From a virus: 64,000 bases of DNA. Shown here piece by piece: positions 35,729 through 43,948 of this stretch; within the stretch, counting starts at the first letter, position 1, and each line of letters starts with the position of its first letter. A model generated the notes under the pieces. It worked only from the letters and a program-made list of their open reading frames with translations. It was not told where the DNA came from and searched no databases. The stretch lies in IMG/VR virus record IMGVR_UViG_3300023270_000001, positions 4,140 to 68,139 of that record; one strand, given 5' to 3'. The position numbers and the translations under genes are program-made.

Positions 35729-35864
35729 GACGCGCCGCCCGACGGCTCCTGAACAGGTCGCCGGGCACCACAACTGAAGATGCCATCTGAGACGCCTGTC
35801 CTACCGCCGATCTCGCTCGGCGAGCCCGGAATATCCGGGAACCCCACATAAAGGGAGTCCTGAC

Positions 35865-36488
35865 ATGGCACTGTCGCAAGCCGAAGCCGCGATCCTCCGC
35901 AGCCACAAGACCGCGCTGACCACTCTGCAGGCGCAGATCGGTCAGTTGGCCCAGGCGTTCAACCAACTCAACGAGCGCCCGGCCTCGGTCCAGGAAGAGA
36001 TCGATCGGATCCCCGGGCGCCGCATCGAGAGCGTGCTCGCCGGCGAGGTCACCTTCACCGCCTCCGACGAGGGCCAGGCCGGCGCGCCGATCATCATCAC
36101 GGTGTCGCAAGATGGTCCGTTCATCATGACGCACTATCCGATGGCGCTGTGGCGGCCGAGCGCACCGAGTGGCGCCACGAACCTCGGCCGGTGGCGCCCG
36201 GTGTCCACCTTCCCGCTGCCGACGCAGCAGGTCGGCACCGACATCATCGATCTCATGTACGAGATGCAGGACGGCGGCGCGCAGCGCAACATGCAGAACG
36301 CGCCGCGCGGACCGCTGTTCTCGCGGCCAGACAATATCGTGCCGTGTCCGGTCCCGACCATGTGGTCGCCGAACGCGACGATCGTGTTCCGGCCGAACTA
36401 CCTCGCCTTCACCTGGGACAGCACCGTCCCTCCAACCGAGGGCACGTTGCACGTCGATCTCATCGGCTACCGCATCACGAACCTCTAA
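35865..36488 (+). CDS. Candidate single jelly-roll major capsid protein 2 with N-terminal coiled coil
   Basis: ITVSQDGPF...DGGAQRNMQNAP...PVPTMWSPNATIVF...LIGYRI; adjacent to MCP1; AAGGGAG RBS. Confidence 0.6.
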   Translation: MALSQAEAAILRSHKTALTTLQAQIGQLAQAFNQLNERPASVQEEIDRIPGRRIESVLAGEVTFTASDEGQAGAPIIITVSQDGPFIMTHYPMALWRPSAPSGATNLGRWRPVSTFPLPTQQVGTDIIDLMYEMQDGGAQRNMQNAPRGPLFSRPDNIVPCPVPTMWSPNATIVFRPNYLAFTWDSTVPPTEGTLHVDLIGYRITNL

Positions 36489-36492
36489 GCCC

Positions 36493-36945
36493 ATGACGTA
36501 CCTGCGCCCCATGGGAGATGACAGTGTCCAGGCCACCGGGCCGGCCGCTGTTTTGGCGCGTCAGGTCAATCGGTTCATGGCCGCAAAGGTGCCGTACCAG
36601 TTCATCACCGCGCCGCTGCCGATCGGCAACCAGGTTACGCCCGAGCTCGCGTTGGCCGCGGTCCTGATCTATCAGCGGAAGGCGACCGACTCGTTCACGC
36701 AGTTCCATGACGAAGGCTCGCGGCTGGCCATCGAAGCGGCGAACATGGCGTTCGCCAACCCGGTCTCGTTCGTGTCGTCTCGCATGGCCGAGATGACGAA
36801 CGCCGTTTCTGGCATGGCCGACTCGCTTGGGCTACCCGCAGCAGCGAGTGACGACCAGATTGTGGGGATGTCGAAGTCGACGCTCCTTTTGATTGCTGGC
36901 GTCGTGGGTGTCGTGTTCCTCATGCGCAAGAGAGGAGGCCGGTGA
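36493..36945 (+). CDS. Tail-anchored protein
   Basis: MTYLRPMGD leader; TM plus RKRGGR. Confidence 0.7.
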   Translation: MTYLRPMGDDSVQATGPAAVLARQVNRFMAAKVPYQFITAPLPIGNQVTPELALAAVLIYQRKATDSFTQFHDEGSRLAIEAANMAFANPVSFVSSRMAEMTNAVSGMADSLGLPAAASDDQIVGMSKSTLLLIAGVVGVVFLMRKRGGR

Positions 36946-36946
36946 T

Positions 36947-37069
36947 TGAAGTCGGCTGAGGTCGCTCGCCGGTGCGAGCGCAATGAGGGCGACGTTTCTG
37001 TCTTCGCGTCGTCACCAAAAATCCCGGGAAGGATGCGATAGCGCGGGCGGGCGACCTCAGCCGACTTCA
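36947..37069. repeat. 123-bp element bounded by perfect 19-bp inverted repeats
   Basis: TGAAGTCGGCTGAGGTCGC at 36947-36965 and its reverse complement at 37051-37069. Confidence 0.85.
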
Positions 37070-37081
37070 CACCAGCACCAA

Positions 37082-37402
37082 ATGACGTATCAACGCAGGA
37101 CATCTCTAGGCGGCATCGGCGACACCATCTCGGCGGCAGCGAACGTCGTCAACGATCCGTACTTCAATGAGGCAGTCTGCCTCGCGGGACAGCTTCGGAG
37201 CGTCGAGCGAGGTGAGCCGGTAATCGCGTGCGCGAAGACCCCGCCAAACCTAGCCGGCGGCGCCGGGCTGCGAAGCCTGATGCCGGCGCTTCGCGGCTAC
37301 GCGTTCGCGCAGCAGAACAAATGGGTGTACCCACTCGCGCTCGCCGCGTTGTTCGGCGTGCCAGCGCTGATCGGGTACGAGCTCGGAAAGAAGCACCGAT
37401 GA
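37082..37402 (+). CDS. Tail-anchored protein
   Basis: MTYQRR...GIGD leader; TM plus KKHR. Confidence 0.7.
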   Translation: MTYQRRTSLGGIGDTISAAANVVNDPYFNEAVCLAGQLRSVERGEPVIACAKTPPNLAGGAGLRSLMPALRGYAFAQQNKWVYPLALAALFGVPALIGYELGKKHR

Positions 37403-37692
37403 AGACCTCCACCGTGCTCATCCTGGGTGGCGCCGCCGTGGCGATCTACTACCTGTCCAAGAAGTCGGCAGCCACCGAGGCCGCCACCTCTGCGCTCACG
37501 GCCGGTGGCACGCAGTCGCCGCCGTTTGCCCCGCAGGTCGTAGTGAACGTGGAGGCGTCGGACATGGACTACGATCCGCCCGCTGGGTGGGGCATGCCGT
37601 GGGGGCCGTCGTGGGGCTCCTATCGCGCTGGTAGGGGGCGGGGCGGTGGCCATGGGGGCGGCCATGGCCACCACGGCCGAGGGAGACGGTAA
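37399..37692 (+). CDS. Small N-terminally anchored membrane protein with Gly/His/Arg tail
   Basis: MKTSTVLILGGAAVAIYYLSKK. Confidence 0.65.
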   Translation: MKTSTVLILGGAAVAIYYLSKKSAATEAATSALTAGGTQSPPFAPQVVVNVEASDMDYDPPAGWGMPWGPSWGSYRAGRGRGGGHGGGHGHHGRGRR

Positions 37693-38456
37693 TGGGGTAC
37701 ACGCGAGATAGCGACCGCGCGACGCGCGGCGTGGGGGCGATCGCCGCTTCCGACATGGTATCGCCGTCGACCCGCTATCGCCGGGTTCAGGTCGGACGCG
37801 CAACCCGCGCGCGAGATCGCCTTATGGCGGCCGTCGCATCGGGAGCACTCGGCGCCATCAATCAGGACACTCCGGATCGTCGTTCGCCGGGCGGCAACCG
37901 CGCACCGGATCGGCGCGCACCGGATCGCGCACCGGATCGTCGTCCAACGCCGGTACCAACCAAACCAGCAACCCCGGTCCCGCTCCCTGGCATGCGAGGC
38001 GTGCGAACACTGCAGCCCGGTGCGTACCACAGTCCGAATTCTCCCCTGCCGCCGCCGGCGGCGATCCCGCCCGGATTCGTTCCGGGCACTAGCGCCCCGC
38101 TCCCACCGGGAGCGATCGTGCGTGACCATCGCGGTACGACGTCTCCCACGACGCCGCCGACGACACCGACAGCCCCAACGGCCCCAACGACACCCACGAC
38201 CCCGGTGCCAACCGGCCCTGGCATCGTGCAGCCTCCGGTGACTGGTGGCGGCGGTGGTGGCGGCGCGGTAACGACTCCCGATGGCGGACGAATCGTCATG
38301 GGTCCCAATGGGCCAATCGTCATTCCGCCCAGCCCGGAGATCCCAGACGCGGACGGCGCCATGATCGCAGGATACCCGATGACCACGGTGCTCCTGGTCG
38401 GCGGCGCCGCCGTCCTGGGGGCCTACCTCCTACTCAAGGATCGGAAGAGCTCATGA
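37692..38456 (+). CDS. Pro/Thr-rich tail-anchored protein
   Basis: MGY...GVGA leader; TM plus KDRKSS. Confidence 0.7.
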   Translation: MGYTRDSDRATRGVGAIAASDMVSPSTRYRRVQVGRATRARDRLMAAVASGALGAINQDTPDRRSPGGNRAPDRRAPDRAPDRRPTPVPTKPATPVPLPGMRGVRTLQPGAYHSPNSPLPPPAAIPPGFVPGTSAPLPPGAIVRDHRGTTSPTTPPTTPTAPTAPTTPTTPVPTGPGIVQPPVTGGGGGGGAVTTPDGGRIVMGPNGPIVIPPSPEIPDADGAMIAGYPMTTVLLVGGAAVLGAYLLLKDRKSS

Positions 38457-38794
38457 GTTATCACCGACGCGGCATGGGCGATCCGGTCACCGCTCCTCAC
38501 GAGGTCGATCCGACGATCTTCGACCCGAACTCGAGCAACCCGCCCATCGACATCACCGGCCCCAAGCGGATCCCGTGCGATCAGTTCCCGGCGGATCACC
38601 CGTTCAAGCGCATCGGCGCTGCTTGCGGCCCGAGCATGCTCGACTGGCTCAAGGATGCGCTCTCGAGCGCAGTGAGCGGCGGGGCGCAAGGCGCGCAGCC
38701 CGAGCCAAAGACCAACTACGTGCCCTACGTCGTCCTCGCGGCCGGCGGCGGCCTCGCTTACTATCTCCTGTCGAAGAAGAAGGGGAAGATCTGA
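38453..38794 (+). CDS. Tail-anchored protein
   Basis: MSYHRRGMGD leader; TM plus KKKGKI. Confidence 0.7.
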   Translation: MSYHRRGMGDPVTAPHEVDPTIFDPNSSNPPIDITGPKRIPCDQFPADHPFKRIGAACGPSMLDWLKDALSSAVSGGAQGAQPEPKTNYVPYVVLAAGGGLAYYLLSKKKGKI

Positions 38795-39198
38795 TGTACA
38801 CCAAGCGCGTCATCCGCAGTAAGAACAAGCGCTCCCTACTCGGGGGCGTCCTCGGGGCGTTCGGCGGGTTCTCGTCGGATGACCAGTGCTCGACGATCCC
38901 CATCGGGGATGGCTACCGGAAGCCGGGGAACTACTGCGCGACCCCGGACGGCGGCATGACGACGTTCAATTCCGACGGGTCGACGTATCGCGCGCCGGGC
39001 GCCGTGGATCCCGATCCGGCGCACCCAGCGGGGATGAGCGCAGGCGGCGGAATCCTGGACGCCATCCTCCGCTTCCTCCCCGGCCAGCAGCCGACCGTGA
39101 TCGCCCCGCAACCTAGCACCGGCCTGTCTACTACTACCGCGATCGCCATCGGTGGCGGTATCATCATGCTCGCGCTCATCCTCAAGAAGCGCGGCTAA
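38794..39198 (+). CDS. Tail-anchored protein
   Basis: MY...basic...VLGA leader; TM plus KKRG. Confidence 0.7.
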   Translation: MYTKRVIRSKNKRSLLGGVLGAFGGFSSDDQCSTIPIGDGYRKPGNYCATPDGGMTTFNSDGSTYRAPGAVDPDPAHPAGMSAGGGILDAILRFLPGQQPTVIAPQPSTGLSTTTAIAIGGGIIMLALILKKRG

Positions 39199-39211
39199 GG
39201 AGACACCACCA

Positions 39212-39475
39212 ATGGCGTACGCGCGAAACAACCTCATCAGCCGATCCGGGTACGCCGGGGTGGGCGACTTCTGGGATGACATCGGGGGCGGGGCAAAGGC
39301 GGTCCTCGACTTCTACAACCGCAGCCAGCAGTCGGCGGGCGCGGCTGCTGCGGCAGCCCAGACCAACCGCGACCTCGCGGCAGCGCTGGCTGCCCAGCAG
39401 GGCGGGATCTCCACCACGACGCTTCTCCTGCTCGGCGTGGCCGGGCTCGGCGCCGTTTTGCTCCTGAAGAAGTAG
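39212..39475 (+). CDS. Tail-anchored protein
   Basis: MAY...GVGD leader; TM plus KK; AAGGAG RBS. Confidence 0.7.
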   Translation: MAYARNNLISRSGYAGVGDFWDDIGGGAKAVLDFYNRSQQSAGAAAAAAQTNRDLAAALAAQQGGISTTTLLLLGVAGLGAVLLLKK

Positions 39476-39485
39476 ACTCGGTTCC

Positions 39486-40010
39486 ATGACCAAGAACTCG
39501 CTCTCCATCGACCTCCGCGACCCCCGTGTTCAAGACATGATGGGCGTGAAGCCGGGCTCGCTTGCCAGTGGCAAGGAACGCGAGGTCGTGCGCATTGCCG
39601 GAGACATGGAGACCGGGATCTCGATGACGACCAGCCTCACGGCAGGCAAGCAGGAGGTGGTGGTGGTGTACGGCGACCAGTTCTTGACGGTCGATGTCTA
39701 CGCCATCCCCGGTGAGCCGCTGGTCGCGCACATCATCTGCCCGCGCTGTCGCAAGCAGTCGCGGATCCCTGGTGATCGCAAGGCGATCGACTTCGACCCG
39801 TCGGCGGTTAATCCGATGCGCACGACGATCCTGGCGACGCAGTCGCCGGACCTGATGGCGGCCGGCAGCATCGGGCGTCTCTCGATCGAGCCGTTCGAGT
39901 GCGCGTGGGAGATGGGCGACGACAGGCACGTGGCGGGCGCGCTGCACAGTGGCGTGTCGCTGTGCCGGCTGCGCATCGGAATCACTAACAACCGGGCGAT
40001 GGACGCCTAG
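39486..40010 (+). CDS. Hypothetical protein with CxxC
   Basis: HIICPRC; strong codon bias. Confidence 0.6.
   Translation: MTKNSLSIDLRDPRVQDMMGVKPGSLASGKEREVVRIAGDMETGISMTTSLTAGKQEVVVVYGDQFLTVDVYAIPGEPLVAHIICPRCRKQSRIPGDRKAIDFDPSAVNPMRTTILATQSPDLMAAGSIGRLSIEPFECAWEMGDDRHVAGALHSGVSLCRLRIGITNNRAMDA
39562..39574. repeat. Palindrome TTGCCAGTGGCAA, copy 7 (coding)
   Basis: Exact match. Confidence 0.9.
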
Positions 40011-40021
40011 AGGCGAAAACG

Positions 40022-41683
40022 ATGACGTGGTCTCGGGGCGGCCTGATCAATGAGATGAGCGAGGCGCTCTGGGAGAGCGTATCGCAGACCCGCGGCAAGG
40101 CGCCTGCGCCAGCGCGCAAGGCCGCCGAGGCTCTCGCGCGCCTCTACGAGGAGGTGAACCGCACCGGCCTCGTGGGCATCGCCGATCAACTTCACCGATC
40201 CGCATCGGACCTCCGTCCGTCGGACGTCGGCGAAATCCTGGTGTCCTACGCGATGGGCGCTGGTGGCGAGTGGGACTCGGTGGTGTACGGCGCCGGACTC
40301 CGCGTGCCGACGTTCACGGCCGAGCTCGAGTCCCGCGATGGGGTTCTCGAGTTGACCTGGGACGGCGGCACCGAGGTGCAGAACCCGGCCAAGCGAGACG
40401 TCCCAGCCGCGAACAGCCAGGATCGCATCATCCTGCTCGAGGACGATCCGGTCCTGCAGGCCGGTACCACGAAGATGCTCGGGCGGATCTTCAAGGGCAC
40501 GCCGGTCATCGTCTCCGACAACGTGGACGCGGCGATCGCGAATATCAAGGTCCACATGGTCGGCCTCATCGTGAGCGACGTGGACGTGCTCGGGGACAAG
40601 AGCGGCATCGACCTGTTTCATTGGGTGGAGGAGAACCGACCGGACCTCGTCGACCGGTTTGTGTTCTTCACCGGCAACCCCGCGGCGGAGTTCGAGCACT
40701 ATCGATACCTCGCCAAGGGCGGCGCGCTGGCCAAGGACCTCAAGGAGGTGATCTTCGCCAAGCGGCCCGCGCGCGACACGGATCGGATGTCGAAGCCGAA
40801 GTCGCCTCGCTCGCCCGCGCGTGCGCCGTCGCCCGTGGCCTCGCGGACGGTCAAGCTGTCGCGACCGCCCGACGCAGTGCTGAGCCCGCCGCCTCGCCCC
40901 CGGCCGACCAAGACCGGCGCAACGCGCGCGGATTTGCGAGACATGAGGCGCCACGAGCGCGAAGCAGCCGAGTACGACCGGCTACTCGCCGCGCCAGGGC
41001 CGCATGCGAAGCCCGCCCCGTTGCCGGATCCCGGCGCATTCGCGGCGGACTTCGCCCGCGACTTCGAGGCGGCGTTTCGCCGGATCGACAAGGGCCACAA
41101 CTACGTGCTGCTCTACGACCTGCGCAAGGCGATGCCGCAGTACTCGCACGAGGAGTTCAACGCAGGGGTGAACGACATGCGCCGGCAGAAGGTGTTGAGC
41201 CTCGACAGCGCGGACGGGCGGCACGTGAAGCTGACCGATGAGCAACTCGCCGGTGGCATCTTCGAGGGCGACTCGCGGCTGCAGTACGCGGCATATCGCC
41301 AGCGACTCGGGCATGCGCCGGCTGCGGTTCCAGCGCGGTCGGCGCGACGCGAGATGCCCATCGAGGAGTTCGCCCAGGCGGTCAACGCGGCGGCCGATGG
41401 GATCGGGGACGAGAGCGAGGTCGAGGGCAAGGCGCGCGGCCGGTTCGGGGGCAAGGTGTTCATCGCGGCGATCTGGCGAGACCTCCAGAACGACCCTCGG
41501 TTTGCCTCGATGTCCGTGGAGGAGTTCAAGCGGCGTCTGCTCGAGGCGCATCGCCAGCGTCTGCTCACGATGGCGCGCGCGGATCTCGTCGCCGCGATGG
41601 ACCACAACGAGGTGATCGGGTCGGAGATTCATGATCGCGGTGCCACATTCCACTTCGTGCTCAACGAAAGGGACAGGTGGTGA
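40022..41683 (+). CDS. Multidomain protein with a response-regulator receiver domain and two C-terminal helical domains
   Basis: IILLEDD...LIVSDVDV...SGIDL...FVFFTG receiver pattern. Confidence 0.7.
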   Translation: MTWSRGGLINEMSEALWESVSQTRGKAPAPARKAAEALARLYEEVNRTGLVGIADQLHRSASDLRPSDVGEILVSYAMGAGGEWDSVVYGAGLRVPTFTAELESRDGVLELTWDGGTEVQNPAKRDVPAANSQDRIILLEDDPVLQAGTTKMLGRIFKGTPVIVSDNVDAAIANIKVHMVGLIVSDVDVLGDKSGIDLFHWVEENRPDLVDRFVFFTGNPAAEFEHYRYLAKGGALAKDLKEVIFAKRPARDTDRMSKPKSPRSPARAPSPVASRTVKLSRPPDAVLSPPPRPRPTKTGATRADLRDMRRHEREAAEYDRLLAAPGPHAKPAPLPDPGAFAADFARDFEAAFRRIDKGHNYVLLYDLRKAMPQYSHEEFNAGVNDMRRQKVLSLDSADGRHVKLTDEQLAGGIFEGDSRLQYAAYRQRLGHAPAAVPARSARREMPIEEFAQAVNAAADGIGDESEVEGKARGRFGGKVFIAAIWRDLQNDPRFASMSVEEFKRRLLEAHRQRLLTMARADLVAAMDHNEVIGSEIHDRGATFHFVLNERDRW

Positions 41684-41686
41684 TAC

Positions 41687-42301
41687 GTGACCTACGCCCG
41701 CGCCGTGCAGGCGCTGGGGGCGACCCCCGTCGAGACCGCCGCGCCTGCGCCAGGTAGGCCGCAGCCGCCGATCTACCCGCTCCAGGTCGGCGCGCATGGC
41801 GGATACCTCGAGGTCCGGGCGACGCCTGCGGACGGGTCGTGCGGCGTCGGGCTGTACCCATGCCGTCATCCGGGCGTGGACGTCGCGGGCTTCGCAGGGA
41901 CGACCGTGGTGGCGCCGGAATCCGGGACCGTGGTCGCGACAGCGGACGGCAACAGCGCGCCGTTCGTGGGCTATGGCCCCTGGCTCATCATCATCCAGGG
42001 AGACAGCGGCAAGTTCCACCTCCTGGCGCACCTCGAGCCGCTGACCGCCGCCTATGCGCCCGCGGGCGCTCGAGTCGCCGCCGGCCAGCAGGTCGGCGTG
42101 ACGAGCTCGGCGAACCACACGCACTGGGAGGTGCGTCAGAAGATGGTGCCGGACTTCGCGGCCGGCGAGAGCAACTTCACGAACAACGATGACCCGCTCG
42201 GCTGGCTGGCGCTGGCTGGGATCGGCGTCGGGGCGGTGCTGGTCGTCGGCGGGGCCGCGGTGTTCCTGTGGCTCCTCTATCAGCGGAGGCGACACGTATG
42301 A
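41687..42301 (+). CDS. M23-family peptidase with C-terminal membrane anchor
   Basis: HPGVD (HxxxD), LAHL, NHTHWEV (HxH); MTY...ALGA leader; TM plus RRRHV. Confidence 0.8.
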   Translation: MTYARAVQALGATPVETAAPAPGRPQPPIYPLQVGAHGGYLEVRATPADGSCGVGLYPCRHPGVDVAGFAGTTVVAPESGTVVATADGNSAPFVGYGPWLIIIQGDSGKFHLLAHLEPLTAAYAPAGARVAAGQQVGVTSSANHTHWEVRQKMVPDFAAGESNFTNNDDPLGWLALAGIGVGAVLVVGGAAVFLWLLYQRRRHV

Positions 42302-43179
42302 GCAATGTCTTCACCGAGCTTCCGGTTCCGCTCGGCAACGGCAACGGAACCGCGGTCGACGTGTCGACGTTCGGCGGCACGAAAACCGTCGTCGTGGTCG
42401 GAACCGCGCGCTCGGCGATCAACATCGAGTTCAACAACAGCGACGATCCGGCGCTCGGGTCGTGGCAGTCGCTGACCACCATCCACAACAGCGGATCGAT
42501 CACGGTCTCCGTGGCCGCGCGGTGGATGCGCGCGAGCGTGTCCGCGTACAACACCCGGGTCGGTGGCACGAGCTCGGTGCACGTCGGCGCGACCGATGCC
42601 GGGGCGACGTTCGTCGAGCTTCCGGTGCCAGCCGGCAACGGCGTTGGTGACTCGGTCGATGTGAGCTCGGCGCTGCTGGGCCTGTTCAAGACGGTGCAGG
42701 TCGGCGGCCCGTTCCGCGGGTCGCTGATCGTCGAGGTGTCGGTTGACGGCGACGAGTGGGCGCAGCCCTTCGCGTTCTACCGGCCGAACGCCGAATCGAC
42801 GGTGGTCGTGGCGCGCCTCATGCGCGTCAAGCGCGCGGGCGTGCCGCCCATCAACCCCGGGCTGCCCGTCGTCAACGTCGGCGCGACCACACTCGGCGAG
42901 GGTGGCGGGGGCGGCGGGACCTCGACGCTGGTCGTGTTCGACTACATCGTCACCGGCGAGGAGCCGGACCTGTCCGAGCTCACGATCCCGCTGCCGACCG
43001 CGCAGACCGCGGTCTACGGCGTGACGTGCACCTGCCAGAGTGTCGTGGCGATTGTCGCCTTCGACATCCCGCGAGACCAGCAGACCACGACGGAGTTCGT
43101 GTGCATCGCGACCGCCGAGCTCCAGGCCGGCGACCGCATCACGTTCTTCGTCTCCCCCCTCACCTCGAGCCCAACCTGA
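42298..43179 (+). CDS. Virion beta-protein sharing its N-terminal ~190 aa with the fibre at 43949
   Basis: VPLGNGxGxAxDVSTFGxTKT, GLFKTVQVGG, WAQPF shared. Confidence 0.7.
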   Translation: MSNVFTELPVPLGNGNGTAVDVSTFGGTKTVVVVGTARSAINIEFNNSDDPALGSWQSLTTIHNSGSITVSVAARWMRASVSAYNTRVGGTSSVHVGATDAGATFVELPVPAGNGVGDSVDVSSALLGLFKTVQVGGPFRGSLIVEVSVDGDEWAQPFAFYRPNAESTVVVARLMRVKRAGVPPINPGLPVVNVGATTLGEGGGGGGTSTLVVFDYIVTGEEPDLSELTIPLPTAQTAVYGVTCTCQSVVAIVAFDIPRDQQTTTEFVCIATAELQAGDRITFFVSPLTSSPT

Positions 43180-43186
43180 GGATCCC

Positions 43187-43933
43187 ATGGCGAAGCCGTT
43201 TGCATGTCGTGTAGTGGCCGGCGAGTCCGTGACGGTGCGCGTGCTCGATTCGACCGCGCGCATGATCCTCAGCAAGGACGGTCCGGACGAGGTTCCGACA
43301 GCGCTCCTGCAGGCGTCGAGCACCACGCTGGTCGCGTCCGGCGCCGGGAATACGATGGCGCTGACCTGCGACGACGGAGCTGGGATGCACCTCGTCACCG
43401 ATGGCGCCGACCTGCTGCTCGAGAATTCCGGCACGCAGATCACCTCGAACCTCGCATCGACGGGCAATCTGCTCGTCACCAACACCAACGGCAACGTGGT
43501 GACCACGGCCGGGCAGATCGTCGAGACCGCGCAGATCGCGGTCATCAACGGCACGGCCACGGTGCTGCAGACGATGCTCACCCTGGGCAATAGCGCCACG
43601 CTCAACCCGTCGAACGCCAACTACGCCGAGCTCGGCCCGAGTCAGGCTACCGGGCTGAATCTCGCATCCCGGCTCGACGTCTTTCCGAACGTGGCCGGGA
43701 CGACCATCGACTCCATCATCATCGCGGCGCCCAACCCCGATGGGCGGCAGATCGCCATCCAGAACATCGGCACGGCGGGCGGCCAGACGCTCACCCTCCG
43801 CAATCAGAACGGCGCCGGCACCGTCGGCGGCCAGTTCTTCGGGCCTGGTGATTACGTCATCCCCGCGGGCGGCGGCGTGATCATCACCTTCGACTCGACA
43901 GCGCCCGGGTTTTGGTTCGTTCGAGGCGTCTAA
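43187..43933 (+). CDS. Thr/Gly/Asn-rich spike or fibre-associated protein
   Basis: Beta-rich composition, located between two fibre-type genes. Confidence 0.6.
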   Translation: MAKPFACRVVAGESVTVRVLDSTARMILSKDGPDEVPTALLQASSTTLVASGAGNTMALTCDDGAGMHLVTDGADLLLENSGTQITSNLASTGNLLVTNTNGNVVTTAGQIVETAQIAVINGTATVLQTMLTLGNSATLNPSNANYAELGPSQATGLNLASRLDVFPNVAGTTIDSIIIAAPNPDGRQIAIQNIGTAGGQTLTLRNQNGAGTVGGQFFGPGDYVIPAGGGVIITFDSTAPGFWFVRGV

Positions 43934-43948
43934 ACAGGGAGTTCATCT

